Shown: positions 31,847 through 42,546, counted from the first letter of the stretch. The stretch: DNA of 64,000 nucleotides from Candidatus Nanopelagicales bacterium (GCA_041393775.1 JAWKJM010000004.1:384701-448700); one strand, 5' to 3'. Numbers and translations are program-made. Notes: generated by a model not told the origin, from the letters alone.

Positions 31847-32926
31847 TCACCAGAGGACGTCCTGGTTCTCCACCACCCCGGGCAACCGTGCAATGGTCAG
31901 GGACTCACCGGCCAGGTCGATACTCCCGCTGAACTCACCAACCGGCTGCAGGAACTTACTGCGCACCACGCCCAGGTTCAGGGACTCGCGGTGGACCCCG
32001 ATCGGTGTGAACAGGAGGTCCACAGTTCCGTCGGAACTGCGGACCTGCCACGGGTTGTTCGGGTTGTCGGCGTCGTAGTCGATGGTGGCGTCGGGATCGA
32101 TCGCGTGCAGAGTGCCGTCCAGCCATACCGAGTTCTCGCGCGCGCATCCGGGTAGGCCTGAGAAGTCGGCTGAGAGGTTGAAGCCGATCACGCGGCCGTC
32201 CTCGAGTGCTCCGGTGAAGTACGCCCAGCGCCAATGCGTGTGGCGCGGCAGGTTCCCGCTGGTGTAGTCGAAACCACCGATGGCATCGGAGAAGTCGAAG
32301 GCGTGCAGCAGCCCGCCCTGCCGTACCGCGACCCTGCCGGTCACCGGCAGCCCCGCGTTCTTGCCCGTCGTGGAAACCAGGCGGGGGTCGGTGTCGAGGT
32401 CGGAGATCACGGTCAGAGCCGGTTGGGCGGTGATGTCGAAATCGAGATCGATCTCGACCGCCGGCTTGCCGATCGCGGGCAGTCCGATGGGGGAACCTAC
32501 GCGGGCACGCACGTTCAGCACGCCGTCCTCAGTGCGCATCGTGACATCCGATCCCGGCATCCGGTAGCGGCTGCGGTGACCGTTCCCGGGGTGGTCGTTG
32601 ACCGAAACCATCGGCCTCATCCCGCCCGGTCGACTGATGTCGGCGAGAAGCTTCCCAGTGCGCCGATCGGCCACCGTGATGAACGTCGTGCCGGTGGGGC
32701 CGGCGTCGACGATCGCGGCGGTCACAAGGATGTCGTCGTTGGCCGCGAATGTGTACATCCAGCGCTTGTGGCGGAGGAACTGGCTCAAGTGCCGCTGGCC
32801 GGGCAGGCCCTCCGCCACCGGGGGCTGCAGGGAGGGACTGAGTCCTTGGTAGTCGCCGAAACGAGGTCCGCGAGGGCCGATGACCTGCATCGGAGCGGTG
32901 TGGCGAACGGTGGTGGGGGATGCCAT
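31847..32926 (-). CDS. DUF2804-like hypothetical protein
   Basis: 359 aa with motifs HWRWAYF and a C-terminal PGVVENQDVLW that I associate with DUF2804. The family call is from memory and has not been searched. Confidence 0.55.
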   Translation of the reverse strand: MASPTTVRHTAPMQVIGPRGPRFGDYQGLSPSLQPPVAEGLPGQRHLSQFLRHKRWMYTFAANDDILVTAAIVDAGPTGTTFITVADRRTGKLLADISRPGGMRPMVSVNDHPGNGHRSRYRMPGSDVTMRTEDGVLNVRARVGSPIGLPAIGKPAVEIDLDFDITAQPALTVISDLDTDPRLVSTTGKNAGLPVTGRVAVRQGGLLHAFDFSDAIGGFDYTSGNLPRHTHWRWAYFTGALEDGRVIGFNLSADFSGLPGCARENSVWLDGTLHAIDPDATIDYDADNPNNPWQVRSSDGTVDLLFTPIGVHRESLNLGVVRSKFLQPVGEFSGSIDLAGESLTIARLPGVVENQDVLW

Positions 32927-33023
32927 ACCCCCAACCTAATCCGAAAACGACGCTCTTGTGGTGGGTCACTGCAGGCGGATGATCCCTCGTGAGAACCACC
33001 GGTCGTCAGGGTAGGCAGGACTG

Positions 33024-33268
33024 GTCCGAATACGGTTGGTGTATCCGCTTGCCGAGCAGTTGGCCGCGAGGTTAGAGATCGTGCACGAGGTTAGAGAACG
33101 CACGTGTGGCTTCTCTAACCTCGTGCACGATCTCTAACGCGAGCGATTTCGCCCGGCATTTTCCCGCCTGAACGGGCGGCCGGCCACGGCCATGGACGAC
33201 TAACGCGAGCGATTTCGCCCGGCAATACCCGCCTGAACGCGCGACCGGCCACGGCGGGGGGTGACTAA
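33024..33268. repeat. Family A element, copy A3 (core 33070-33138, two L-units)
   Basis: GGTTAGAGATCGTGCACGAGGTTAGAGAA-CGCACGTGTGGC-TTCTCTAACCTCGTGCACGATCTCTAAC followed by 2 x ~66-bp units. The last unit ends on the tesB stop codon. Confidence 0.9.
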
Positions 33269-34173
33269 TCCCTGGGTGTGTCGCGCATGAGGATCTCCTG
33301 GGCCGCCGAGGAGACCAGGGTCCCGTCGGGGCGATAGAACTGCCCGGTCGCGAAGCCGCGACCGCCGCCGGCGACAGGACTCGAGGTGATGAAGAGAAGC
33401 CATTCGTCGGCCCGGAACGGAGCGTGGAACCACATGGCGTGGTCCAAGGACGCGATATCGAGATTCGCTCGGTTGTCGTACCCGCCGTGGTGTCCCATCA
33501 CCGTTCCCACCATTGTCAGATCGGAGAAGTACGTCATCGCGCAGACGTGAAACAGCGACGGGTCGGGCAGTATCTGGTCGGCTCGCACCCACGCCATCCG
33601 GTCGAACTTCCCGAGCGAGATCGCTGCGACTTCGTCGCTCCCCACGAACCTGATGTCGACGAAGTCCTGTTCCGGCAATCCGGTGTGTGCGGAGCCGGCG
33701 GCTTGATTCAGGCGGTTGAGGATGTCCGACCGGGGCAGGTCGTCCGGACGTGGCACCCGGTCGATCCACCCGGTGTCAGGTATTGCGCTGACCGCGTGTG
33801 ACGGGCCGATCAGGTCCTGGGCATACGACGCGGACATCGTGAAGATTGTCTTGCCGTACTGGACTGCGCGTACCCGTCGGGTCGAGAAGGAGCGGCCATC
33901 GCGGGGCCGGTCGACCATGTAGACGATGTGGTCGGTCGTCGACCCAGCTCGCAGGAAGTACGCGTGCAGGGAATGCACCACGCGGCCCGGCTGGTCGACC
34001 GTTGTGCCCGCGGCCACAAGCGCCTGCGCTGCCACTTGCCCTCCGAACGCGCGCAGCGGGGAGCCGGCGTGGCACCACCCGATGAAGATGTCGCGATCGA
34101 TCTGGTTGAGCGTGAGGCGTTCGAGGAAGCCTTGATCCCTGGGAGGCAGATCGCCGAGGTCGATGACTGTCAT
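33265..34173 (-). CDS. tesB: acyl-CoA thioesterase II
   Basis: 302 aa double hot-dog fold: FGGQVAAQALVAA...HSLHAYFLRAG...VQYGKTIFTMSASY. Confidence 0.85.
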   Translation of the reverse strand: MTVIDLGDLPPRDQGFLERLTLNQIDRDIFIGWCHAGSPLRAFGGQVAAQALVAAGTTVDQPGRVVHSLHAYFLRAGSTTDHIVYMVDRPRDGRSFSTRRVRAVQYGKTIFTMSASYAQDLIGPSHAVSAIPDTGWIDRVPRPDDLPRSDILNRLNQAAGSAHTGLPEQDFVDIRFVGSDEVAAISLGKFDRMAWVRADQILPDPSLFHVCAMTYFSDLTMVGTVMGHHGGYDNRANLDIASLDHAMWFHAPFRADEWLLFITSSPVAGGGRGFATGQFYRPDGTLVSSAAQEILMRDTPRD

Positions 34174-34423
34174 GTCTGGCAGCGTATTGCCCGAGGGCGG
34201 TGTGTTCTCGCCGTCTCGTTGGGGTCTTCACCTCGCCGGTGCCGCCTTGTGGGGCGCAGGTCCGGCCCCCGTCGCTTTGCGGGGGCCAGCGCCTCGCCAG
34301 GGCCGCCTTGCGGGGTCCGGAGCCCCGGTTGTTGCGAAACTACCCGGACACCCCGGCGTCTTCGCCGTGACTTCGCGACAACCGGGGGAAGTGGCGTCGG
34401 AGCGGCGGCCCGAAGCGGGAGGG

Positions 34424-35335
34424 CTACTCGTGTGCCCCGTGTTCGTGCTCCCAGTGATCGGTGGGCTCCACCTGGAACGTGGTGTGTTCGATCTCGAAGC
34501 ACTTCCTCGCGCAGGCCTGCAACTGATCCAGCATGGAGGCCGGCCCGCAGGCGTCCAGGGTCGCCCGGTCCACCACCACATGCGCCGTCAAGGCCGGCAC
34601 TCCCGAGGTGATGGTCCACACGTGAACATCGTGGACATCGACAACGCCCGGCACCCCCGTGAGATGCTCGCGGACATCGGCGACGTCCAGATCTTCCGGT
34701 GCGGCTTCCATGAGGATTCGCAGGGCATCGCGCAGTAGGCGCATGGAGCGGGGGAGGATCAACCCCGCGACGACCAGACTGGCAATGGGATCAGCGCGCT
34801 CCCACCCGGTCGTGACCATGACGACCGCCGCCGCGACGACCGCCGCCGAACCCAGCAGATCCCCCAGGACCTCCAGGTATGCGCCCCGGACGTTGATGGA
34901 TTCGTCCTTGCCGGCGGTCAGGATCCGCAAAGACACGAAGTTCGCGGCCATCCCCAGGCCTGCCACCACCAGCATGAGCCCGGCCTCCACCGGTTGCGGG
35001 TCGATGAGCCGGCGCACGGCCTCGATACCGACGTAGACACCTACGCCTATCAGCAGCAGTGCGTTCACTGCGGCGGCGATCACCTCGAGGCGCTGCCAGC
35101 CGAAAGTCCTCCGGTAACTCGGGGGACGTTGTGCCATGGTCGCCGCGACCAGGGCGAAGCCGACCCCAAACATGTCGGTGAACACATGACCGGCGTCGGC
35201 GAGCAGCGCGATCGAACCGGTGAACCATGCGCCGAGCAGTTCCATGACGAAGACCGTGGCCGCGATCGAAAGCGCGACCGCCAGACGTCCCCGGTGTTTG
35301 CCACCGGCCGTGACGACACCGTGATCGTGGCCCAT
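34424..35335 (-). CDS. cation diffusion facilitator family transporter (CzcD/ZitB-like)
   Basis: His-rich N-terminus MGHDHG, SIALLADAGHVFTDM and the HxxxD motif of TM5, plus a C-terminal cytoplasmic domain ending HEHGAHE. The longest ORF extends to 35410. Confidence 0.88.
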   Translation of the reverse strand: MGHDHGVVTAGGKHRGRLAVALSIAATVFVMELLGAWFTGSIALLADAGHVFTDMFGVGFALVAATMAQRPPSYRRTFGWQRLEVIAAAVNALLLIGVGVYVGIEAVRRLIDPQPVEAGLMLVVAGLGMAANFVSLRILTAGKDESINVRGAYLEVLGDLLGSAAVVAAAVVMVTTGWERADPIASLVVAGLILPRSMRLLRDALRILMEAAPEDLDVADVREHLTGVPGVVDVHDVHVWTITSGVPALTAHVVVDRATLDACGPASMLDQLQACARKCFEIEHTTFQVEPTDHWEHEHGAHE

Positions 35336-35451
35336 GACCTCCAGTGTGGCCCAGGAGCGACGATGGTGGTCAAACTGCCCTGTGTGACCTCGAGCGCCCA
35401 AACCCCACATCAGGCAATAGGCTGCTGAGTAGTTTCCTTAGGAGGTTCCAG

Positions 35452-36009
35452 GTGATCGACGACATCCTGCTCGAAGCGGAAGAGAAGATGGAGAAGGCCA
35501 TCTCGGTTGCCCGGGAGGATTTCGCGGCCTTGCGCACCGGCCGGGTCAACCCGGCGATGTTCTCGAAGATCATGGTCGACTACTACGGCGCTCCGACACC
35601 GCTGAACCAGTTGGCCTCGTTCCACGCCGCCGAGGCGCGCATGATGCTCATCACCCCCTTCGACCGCAACTCGATGCACTCGGTGGAGAAGGCGATCCGG
35701 GACTCCGATCTGGGCGTGAACCCGGCGACTGACGGCAACGTCATCCGGGTGGTCTTGCCGCAGTTGACCGAAGAACGGCGTAAGGAGTACATCAAGGTCG
35801 CTCGCACGAAGGCCGAGGACGCCCGGGTCAGCATCCGCAGCATCCGGCGCAGCGCGAAGGAGGCGCTGGAGAAGATGAAGAAGGACGGTGATGCGGGCGA
35901 GGACGATGTCAAGCGCGGCCTGGCGCACCTGGAGGACGTGACCCACGAGCAGGTGGCGCATGTCGACGAGATTCTCAAGCACAAAGAGGAAGAGCTGCTC
36001 GAGGTCTGA
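35452..36009 (+). CDS. frr: ribosome recycling factor
   Basis: VIDDILLEAEEKMEKAISVAREDFAALRTGRVNPAM. GGAGG precedes GTG 35452. Confidence 0.95.
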   Translation: MIDDILLEAEEKMEKAISVAREDFAALRTGRVNPAMFSKIMVDYYGAPTPLNQLASFHAAEARMMLITPFDRNSMHSVEKAIRDSDLGVNPATDGNVIRVVLPQLTEERRKEYIKVARTKAEDARVSIRSIRRSAKEALEKMKKDGDAGEDDVKRGLAHLEDVTHEQVAHVDEILKHKEEELLEV

Positions 36010-36851
36010 TGAGCAGCACCCAACCGGCACCCGTGGAGCCGGCATCTGGCCGCGCCGGGCGCAACCTTCCCGTCGCGATTCTTGTCGGGGTCGCTCTCGG
36101 GGCGATGGTGATCGCGTCGTTGGTCTTCTACAAGTACCTCTTCGCCGTCGTCGTCACCGGCGCCATGCTCATCGCGGTCTGGGAACTGTACAACGCATTC
36201 CTGCACAATGACATCCGGGTCGCCCGAACGCCTTTGTACGTGACGGCGCTGGTCAGCCCGACCCTGGCCTATCTGTTCGGCGTCACCGCGCACATGGCGG
36301 TGTTCGGGACCTTCGTGGTCATCGCATTGATGTGGCGGATCCGGCGCGGCACGGACGGGTTCGTGAAGGACGCGACCGCTTCGCTGTTCGTGGCCTTCTA
36401 CACGCTGTTCATGGTCGGTTTCGTGATGTTGATGCTGCGCGAGGACGACGGGGTGACACGGATCATCGCGTTCATCGCCATCACGGTGTGCAATGACATC
36501 GGGGGGTATTTCGCTGGGGTGGCGTTCGGCAAGCACCCGATCGCCCCGCAGATCAGTCCGAAGAAGTCCTGGGAAGGGTTTGCCGGATCGGTGGCCCTGC
36601 AGGTCGCTGTCGCCATTCCCATCTTCATGGTCGGATTCGATGCACCGTGGTGGCAAGGAGCCGTCTTCGGTGTCGTCATGACCGTCACGGCCACGGCCGG
36701 CGACTTCATCGAGTCGGCCGTCAAGCGCGACCTCGACGTCAAGGACATGTCCAACCTTCTTCCCGGCCACGGCGGGCTCATGGACCGGCTCGACTCACTG
36801 ATCCCCAACGCCTTCGTCGCGTGGGCGTTGCTGGGCTGGTTCATCGGATGA
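36009..36851 (+). CDS. cdsA: phosphatidate cytidylyltransferase
   Basis: Polytopic protein with the C-terminal signature [28 protein letters not shown]. Confidence 0.93.
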   Translation: MSSTQPAPVEPASGRAGRNLPVAILVGVALGAMVIASLVFYKYLFAVVVTGAMLIAVWELYNAFLHNDIRVARTPLYVTALVSPTLAYLFGVTAHMAVFGTFVVIALMWRIRRGTDGFVKDATASLFVAFYTLFMVGFVMLMLREDDGVTRIIAFIAITVCNDIGGYFAGVAFGKHPIAPQISPKKSWEGFAGSVALQVAVAIPIFMVGFDAPWWQGAVFGVVMTVTATAGDFIESAVKRDLDVKDMSNLLPGHGGLMDRLDSLIPNAFVAWALLGWFIG

Positions 36852-37942
36852 CCTCGCTGCCGCTGGTGATGGAGGCGCCGCGCCGTGGCAAGCCGCCTCG
36901 ACACCTGTTGGACCTGGACATGGCCGAACGCAAACAGGCGGTCCTCGAGTTGGGCAGCGCTGCGTTCCGGGCCGCACAACTCAGCCGTCAGGTCCTGGTG
37001 CGTCACATCGATTCGGTCGATGAGTGCACCGACCTCGCGGCCGCCGACAGGCGGCGCCTCGCGCCGCTGTTGCCGAACCTGCTCACCGCCTCGACCGTCC
37101 AGACCTGCGACGACGACGCGACCCGAAAGATCTTGTGGAGACTGCACGACGGAGCGCTGGTGGAGTCGGTCGAGATGCGATACCCGCGCAGGGTGACGCT
37201 GTGCCTTTCCTCGCAGGCCGGCTGCGGGATGGCCTGCCCGTTCTGTGCGACGGGACAGGGCGGGCTCCAGCGCAACTTGAGCGTGGCGGAGATCCTCGAG
37301 CAGGTCCGTGTGGCCGCGCGCGACGCCGAGGCCGGCGTGCTCGGTCGTCGGGCGCGGCTGTCCAACGTGGTGTTCATGGGCATGGGTGAGCCGCTGGCCA
37401 ACTACAACACGGTGGTCACGGCCGTGCGGCGAATGATCGCCGAGCCACCCGAAGGGTTCGGGATGAGCGCCCGCGGGATCACCGTATCCACGGTGGGGCT
37501 GGTGCCGCAGATGCGCCGACTCGCGCACGAAGGGCTGCCCGTCACGCTCGCCTTGTCCTTGCACGCGCCCGACGACACGCTGCGCAACGACTTGGTGCCG
37601 ATCAACAACCGGTGGCAGGTCTCGGAGGTGCTCGACGCCGCCTGGGAATACGCTGACACGACCCGGCGGCGAGTCAGTATCGAATACGCACTGATCCGCG
37701 ACATCAACGACCAGGACTGGCGTGCCGATCTGCTGGGCGACATGCTGCGGGGCCGGCTCGTCCACGTCAACGTGATTCCGCTGAACCCGACTCCGGGGAC
37801 GAAGTGGACGGCCTCGACGCCACAGCAGGAGGAATCGTTCGTGGCCCATCTGCGTGACAAAGGCGTGGCTGTGACTGTGAGGGACACCCGTGGTCGCGAG
37901 ATCGACGGTGCATGCGGACAGTTGGCGGCGACGGAGAGATAG
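36848..37942 (+). CDS. rlmN: 23S rRNA/tRNA (adenine-C2)-methyltransferase RlmN (radical SAM)
   Basis: [18 protein letters not shown] radical-SAM cluster. ATGA overlap with cdsA. Confidence 0.93.
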   Translation: MTSLPLVMEAPRRGKPPRHLLDLDMAERKQAVLELGSAAFRAAQLSRQVLVRHIDSVDECTDLAAADRRRLAPLLPNLLTASTVQTCDDDATRKILWRLHDGALVESVEMRYPRRVTLCLSSQAGCGMACPFCATGQGGLQRNLSVAEILEQVRVAARDAEAGVLGRRARLSNVVFMGMGEPLANYNTVVTAVRRMIAEPPEGFGMSARGITVSTVGLVPQMRRLAHEGLPVTLALSLHAPDDTLRNDLVPINNRWQVSEVLDAAWEYADTTRRRVSIEYALIRDINDQDWRADLLGDMLRGRLVHVNVIPLNPTPGTKWTASTPQQEESFVAHLRDKGVAVTVRDTRGREIDGACGQLAATER

Positions 37943-39094
37943 ATGCGTGACATCGTCATCCTTGGCAGCACCGGGTCCATCGGCACGCAGGCCCTGGATG
38001 TGGTGGCGCGCAATCGCGACCGGTTCCGGGTCGTGGGTCTGGCCGCCGGTGGTTCGGATGTGGCGCTGCTGCGTAGCCAGGTCGAACAGTTCGGCGTGGC
38101 GCATGTGGCGGTAGCCGAGCCCGCCGCAGCAGATGCCTTGGCGGGGGCGGGTGCCACCGTTCACGTGGGTCCGGAGGCTGCCGCGGAGGTCGCCGGCCTC
38201 GGGGTCCACACCGTGCTCAACGGGATCACCGGAGCCGTAGGTCTGCGGCCGACGCTGGCAGCACTGGCCGGCGGCAGCATGCTGGCGCTTGCGAACAAGG
38301 AGTCCCTGATCATCGGGGGAGAACTGGTCACCTCGGCCGCGCGACCGGGACAGATCGTCCCCGTGGACAGCGAGCACTCCGCGATCGCGCAATGCCTGCG
38401 GTCGGGCTCGGCTGCAGAAGTGAACCGCCTGGTCCTGACGGCCAGCGGGGGTCCCTTCCGGGGGCGTACGCGTGCCCAGCTGGAGGACGTCACCGTCGAG
38501 CAGGCACTTGCACATCCCACCTGGGACATGGGCCCGGTGGTGACCATCAACTCGGCCACGCTGATGAACAAGGGCCTCGAACTCATCGAGGCGCACCTGT
38601 TGTTCGACCTGCCACTGGACCGGATCCAGGTGGTGGTGCACCCGCAATCCGTGGTTCATTCCATGGTCGAGTTCGTCGACGGCAGCACGATCGCACAGGC
38701 GAGTCCGCCCGACATGCGGCTGCCGATCGCGCTCGGCCTGGGCTGGCCCGACCGGGTGCCGGCGGCCGCGCCTGCCTGCGATTGGACTGAGGCTGCGGCA
38801 TGGGAGTTCTTCCCGCTCGACGAAGATGCCTTTCCCGCTGTGGGTCTGGCCGCCGGGGCTGCTGATGCCGGCGGGGTCGTCCCGGCGGTGCTCAACGCCG
38901 CGAATGAGCAGGCTGTCGGGGCCTTCCGGGGCGGCCGGATCGGGTTTCTTGCCATCGCCGACCTCGTGGCGCAGGTGATTCGCGAGGCCCCCTCTGGCGC
39001 GAATGGCACCGGCCGGGTGACACTGGAGGAGGTTCTGAACGCTGACGCGTGGGCACGCAGCCGTGCCCGCGAGTTGATCGAGGAGGATGCATGA
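37943..39094 (+). CDS. dxr: 1-deoxy-D-xylulose-5-phosphate reductoisomerase
   Basis: [15 protein letters not shown]...LANKESL...DSEHSAI. Confidence 0.95.
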   Translation: MRDIVILGSTGSIGTQALDVVARNRDRFRVVGLAAGGSDVALLRSQVEQFGVAHVAVAEPAAADALAGAGATVHVGPEAAAEVAGLGVHTVLNGITGAVGLRPTLAALAGGSMLALANKESLIIGGELVTSAARPGQIVPVDSEHSAIAQCLRSGSAAEVNRLVLTASGGPFRGRTRAQLEDVTVEQALAHPTWDMGPVVTINSATLMNKGLELIEAHLLFDLPLDRIQVVVHPQSVVHSMVEFVDGSTIAQASPPDMRLPIALGLGWPDRVPAAAPACDWTEAAAWEFFPLDEDAFPAVGLAAGAADAGGVVPAVLNAANEQAVGAFRGGRIGFLAIADLVAQVIREAPSGANGTGRVTLEEVLNADAWARSRARELIEEDA

Positions 39095-40368
39095 CGCTGG
39101 TCGGGATCGTGGCGCTTGTGCTTGCGCTGGTCTTCTCGATCGCGCTGCACGAACTCGGGCACATGGTTCCGGCCAAGAGGTTCGGCGTCAAGGTCACCCA
39201 GTACATGATCGGCTTCGGTCCGACGCTGTGGTCGAAGAAGTCCGGTGACACCGAGTACGGCGTCAAGGGCGTTCTGCTCGGCGGCTATATCAGGATGATC
39301 GGGATGTTCCCCCCGGGACCTGACGGCAAGATCAAGGCGAGCAGTACAGGGCGGCTGGGCACCCTGGTCGAGCAGGCGCGTGAGGAGTCCGCCGCCGAGA
39401 TCGTCGAACCGGGCGATGAGAAGCGTGTGTTCTACCTGTTGTCCGTTCCGAAGAAGATCGTCGTCATGATGGGCGGACCGGTGATGAACCTGGTCATCGC
39501 GATCGTGCTGTTCACGATCGTGTTCGCCGGTTTCGGAACCCCGACGCCGACCACGACCGTTTCGACCGTGACCGCGTGCGTGCCCACCGCGACCGACCCT
39601 GAGGGTACTTGCGTCAGCGGTGCGGGCGGACCCACCGGTGCCGCAGAAGCTGGGCTCCAGCCGGGTGACCAGATCGTCGCCTGGGACTCCGTGCAGGTCG
39701 CCGAGTGGCCCGGACTGAGCCAGGCGATCAGGGACTCGCAGCCCGGCTCCCACGCGGTGACGGTTATGCGGGATGGCCGCGAAGTCACCCTCGAAGTGCC
39801 GTTGACCACCATCGACGGCAGCCTGCTGGGCGAGAGTGCGTCTCCCCGCGGGTTCCTGGGGGTTTCGCCACAGGTCGAACTGCGCCCCCTGCCGATCAGC
39901 GCGGTGCCTGGGCAGATGTGGGACATTTCGATCCGGTCCGGACAGGCGTTGCTGAGCTTCCCCGCCAAGATGGTGGGTCTGACTGAGGCCGCCTTCACCG
40001 ATCAGGCACGTGACCCGGATGGCCCGGTCGGGGTCGTGGGCGTTTCCCGCATCAGCGGTGAGGTGGCCTCGGCTGACGCGCCGCCGAGCTGGCGGATCGC
40101 GCAGTTCCTGGCGATCGTCGCCTCGCTGAACCTGTTCCTGTTCTTGTTCAACCTGCTGCCCATACTGCCGCTGGACGGCGGGCATGTGGCAGGTGCGCTC
40201 TACGAAGGCAGCCGCCGGCAGGTCGCCAAGTTCCGCGGCCGCCCTGATCCGGGTCCGGTCGACGTCGCCCGCATGCTACCCGTGGCCTACACCGTGGCGC
40301 TGGTGCTGATCGCGATGAGTGTGATCATCCTCTGGGCCGACATCGTCAAACCGATCCGGCTCGGGTAA
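39091..40368 (+). CDS. rseP: M50 site-2 zinc metalloprotease (RseP/Rip1-like)
   Basis: HELGHM zinc motif, a PDZ region and the C-terminal [12 protein letters not shown] motif. ATGA overlap with dxr. Confidence 0.9.
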   Translation: MTLVGIVALVLALVFSIALHELGHMVPAKRFGVKVTQYMIGFGPTLWSKKSGDTEYGVKGVLLGGYIRMIGMFPPGPDGKIKASSTGRLGTLVEQAREESAAEIVEPGDEKRVFYLLSVPKKIVVMMGGPVMNLVIAIVLFTIVFAGFGTPTPTTTVSTVTACVPTATDPEGTCVSGAGGPTGAAEAGLQPGDQIVAWDSVQVAEWPGLSQAIRDSQPGSHAVTVMRDGREVTLEVPLTTIDGSLLGESASPRGFLGVSPQVELRPLPISAVPGQMWDISIRSGQALLSFPAKMVGLTEAAFTDQARDPDGPVGVVGVSRISGEVASADAPPSWRIAQFLAIVASLNLFLFLFNLLPILPLDGGHVAGALYEGSRRQVAKFRGRPDPGPVDVARMLPVAYTVALVLIAMSVIILWADIVKPIRLG

Positions 40369-40379
40369 CGCCGGGGCGA

Positions 40380-40494
40380 TTGTGACGAAGGTGCGGACGT
40401 CCACCCTGCTTCGTCACGAAGGTGCGCGGTCGCGAGCGCTTAGACCGCGCACCTTCGTAACGCGGCGCCGGGATGGGCCGCACCTTCGTCACAA
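40380..40494. repeat. Family B nested-palindrome element, copy B3 (best preserved)
   Basis: TTGTGACGAAGGTGCGGAC...CGTCACGAAGGTGCGCGGTC-gcgagcgcttag-GACCGCGCACCTTCGTAAC...GGCCGCACCTTCGTCACAA. It starts 12 nt after the rseP stop. Confidence 0.92.
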
Positions 40495-40564
40495 TCGGGT
40501 CGGTCAGCCCCGGCCGCCCGCCGGCGGAGCGGGCGGGTTTGACCCCATGGGCGATAATTGACCC

Positions 40565-41716
40565 ATGACCGTTTCGTTGGGTATGCCTGCCGGGCCGCCG
40601 CCAACATTGGCAACCCGCCGACCGACTCGCAAGATCACTCTGCGGCATCCGCACCACCCGGTCGAGGTCGGCGGCGATGCGCCGATCAGTGTGCAATCGA
40701 TGACGACCACGCTGACCGCCGACGTGAACGCCACCCTGCAGCAGATCGCTGAGTTGACCGCGGCCGGCTGCCAGGTGGTCCGGGTCGCGGTGCCGAGTCA
40801 GGACGATGCCGAGGCCTTACCGGCCATCGCCAAGAAGGCCGACATCCCGGTCATCGCGGACATCCACTTCCAGCCCAAGTACGTCTTCGCGGCCATCGAC
40901 GCCGGGTGTGCGGGCGTGCGCGTCAACCCGGGCAACATCAAAGCCTTCGACGACAAGGTCGGCGAGATCGCCAAAGCCGCCGGGGACGCAGGCATCCCGA
41001 TCCGGATCGGAGTCAATGCGGGGTCGTTGGACAAGCGCCTGCTGGAGAAGTACGGCAAGGCGACGCCTGAGGCGCTGGTCGAAAGTGCGCTATGGGAAGC
41101 GTCGCTGTTCGAGGAGCACGATTTCCGCGACATCAAGATCTCGGTCAAGCACCATGACCCGGTCGTCATGGTCCAGGCCTACCGGCAGTTGTCGGCGGCG
41201 TGTGAGTACCCCCTGCACCTCGGCGTGACGGAGGCCGGTCCCGCCTTCCAGGGAACGATCAAGTCGGCAACCGCCTTCGGCGCGCTGCTCAGCGAAGGCA
41301 TCGGCGACACCATCCGCGTGTCCCTTTCGGCCCCGCCGGTCGAAGAAGTGAAGGTCGGCCTTCAGATCCTCGAATCGCTCAACCTGCGCGAGCGCGGGCT
41401 GGAGATCGTATCGTGTCCCAGTTGCGGCCGGGCGCAGGTGGATGTGTACACCTTGGCCGAGCAAGTCACCGCGGGACTGGAGGGCCTCGAGGTCCCGCTG
41501 CGGGTCGCCGTCATGGGCTGTGTCGTCAACGGGCCGGGGGAGGCGCGGGAGGCGGATCTGGGTGTCGCCAGCGGCAACGGCAAGGGTCAGATCTTCGTGA
41601 AGGGCGAGGTCATCAAGACCGTTCCGGAAGCGGCCATCGTCGAGACGCTCATTGAAGAGGCCATGCGCTTGGCCGAGTCCATGGAAGTTGGCGAACCGAC
41701 CATCTCGGTCGTGTGA
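40565..41716 (+). CDS. ispG: 4-hydroxy-3-methylbut-2-en-1-yl diphosphate synthase
   Basis: PISVQSMT..., VRVAVP, and the SCPSCGR...GCVVNGPGE Fe-S cysteines. Confidence 0.95.
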   Translation: MTVSLGMPAGPPPTLATRRPTRKITLRHPHHPVEVGGDAPISVQSMTTTLTADVNATLQQIAELTAAGCQVVRVAVPSQDDAEALPAIAKKADIPVIADIHFQPKYVFAAIDAGCAGVRVNPGNIKAFDDKVGEIAKAAGDAGIPIRIGVNAGSLDKRLLEKYGKATPEALVESALWEASLFEEHDFRDIKISVKHHDPVVMVQAYRQLSAACEYPLHLGVTEAGPAFQGTIKSATAFGALLSEGIGDTIRVSLSAPPVEEVKVGLQILESLNLRERGLEIVSCPSCGRAQVDVYTLAEQVTAGLEGLEVPLRVAVMGCVVNGPGEAREADLGVASGNGKGQIFVKGEVIKTVPEAAIVETLIEEAMRLAESMEVGEPTISVV

Positions 41717-42546
41717 GCGGCACGGTACGTCTTCTCACCGGTGCCGACGCGCCGGATTTCCGCAGGTTGCTGCACTCCGACCCGGTGTCCTACGCGATGG
41801 TGTCCGAGCGCATGCAAGTGGTCGGACTCGGGGCGTCGCTGGGCGCGGAGGTGTGGGGGTGGTTCCCCGGCGAAACCCTTACGGCGGCCCTGTTCCTGGG
41901 GGCCAACGTCGCGCCTATCGCAGCCGACCAGGCCGCTATCGAGGCGTTCGCGGGGCGCGCCCGGCTCACACCCCGACGATGTTCGTCCATCGTCGGTCCG
42001 GCGGACGCGGTGGTCTCGTTCTACCGGCTCGTCAGACCCACATGGGGCTCGGCGCGGGAGGTCCGGGAGCAACAGCCCATGTTGGTGCTCGACGACGATC
42101 CGCACATCGACGCTGATCCGCGGCTACGTGCGGCCACGATGGACGACATCGACGTGTTGTTCCCCGCGTGCGTCGCGATGTTCACCGAGGAGTTGGGGGT
42201 CAGTCCGCTGCAGCACGACGGCGGGGCGGCCTACCGGCGACGGATCGCGCAACTGATCCGGCAGGGCCGGGCCCTGTTGATCACCGAGGGCGATCGCGTG
42301 TTGTTCAAGGCAGAGGTGGGAGTCGTCGCCGACGACGTTGCCCAGATCCAAGGGGTCTGGGTGGATCCGTCCCGTCGCGGCCACCATGTCTCCGAGCCGG
42401 CGATGGCGGCGGTGGTTCGATTGGTGCAGCGGGAGTTCGCGCCGATCGTGAGTCTGTACGTCAACGAGTTCAACCATGCGGCCCTGGCCTCCTATGCGCG
42501 CGTCGGCTTCCGGCAAGTGGGTGAGTTCGCGACAGTGTTGTTCTAG
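41713..42546 (+). CDS. GNAT family N-acetyltransferase (DUF4081-GNAT type found after ispG in actinobacteria)
   Basis: C-terminal GNAT core [24 protein letters not shown]...[22 protein letters not shown] overlap with ispG. Confidence 0.75.
   Translation: MSGTVRLLTGADAPDFRRLLHSDPVSYAMVSERMQVVGLGASLGAEVWGWFPGETLTAALFLGANVAPIAADQAAIEAFAGRARLTPRRCSSIVGPADAVVSFYRLVRPTWGSAREVREQQPMLVLDDDPHIDADPRLRAATMDDIDVLFPACVAMFTEELGVSPLQHDGGAAYRRRIAQLIRQGRALLITEGDRVLFKAEVGVVADDVAQIQGVWVDPSRRGHHVSEPAMAAVVRLVQREFAPIVSLYVNEFNHAALASYARVGFRQVGEFATVLF

Noticed and set aside
36398-38659. Very long antisense ORFs: 753 aa here, and also 294-1637, 6731-8173, 13074-14828, 16702-18201, 38656-40185, 52706-54025 and 54551-55561, all on the - strand.
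   Set aside because: Each lies opposite a gene with unambiguous conserved motifs (rlmN/dxr, rsmD, smc, glnD, ffh/rpsP, rseP, infB). Their translations are Arg/Pro/Gly/Ala-rich low-complexity sequences, typical of stop-codon-poor off-frames in high-GC DNA.
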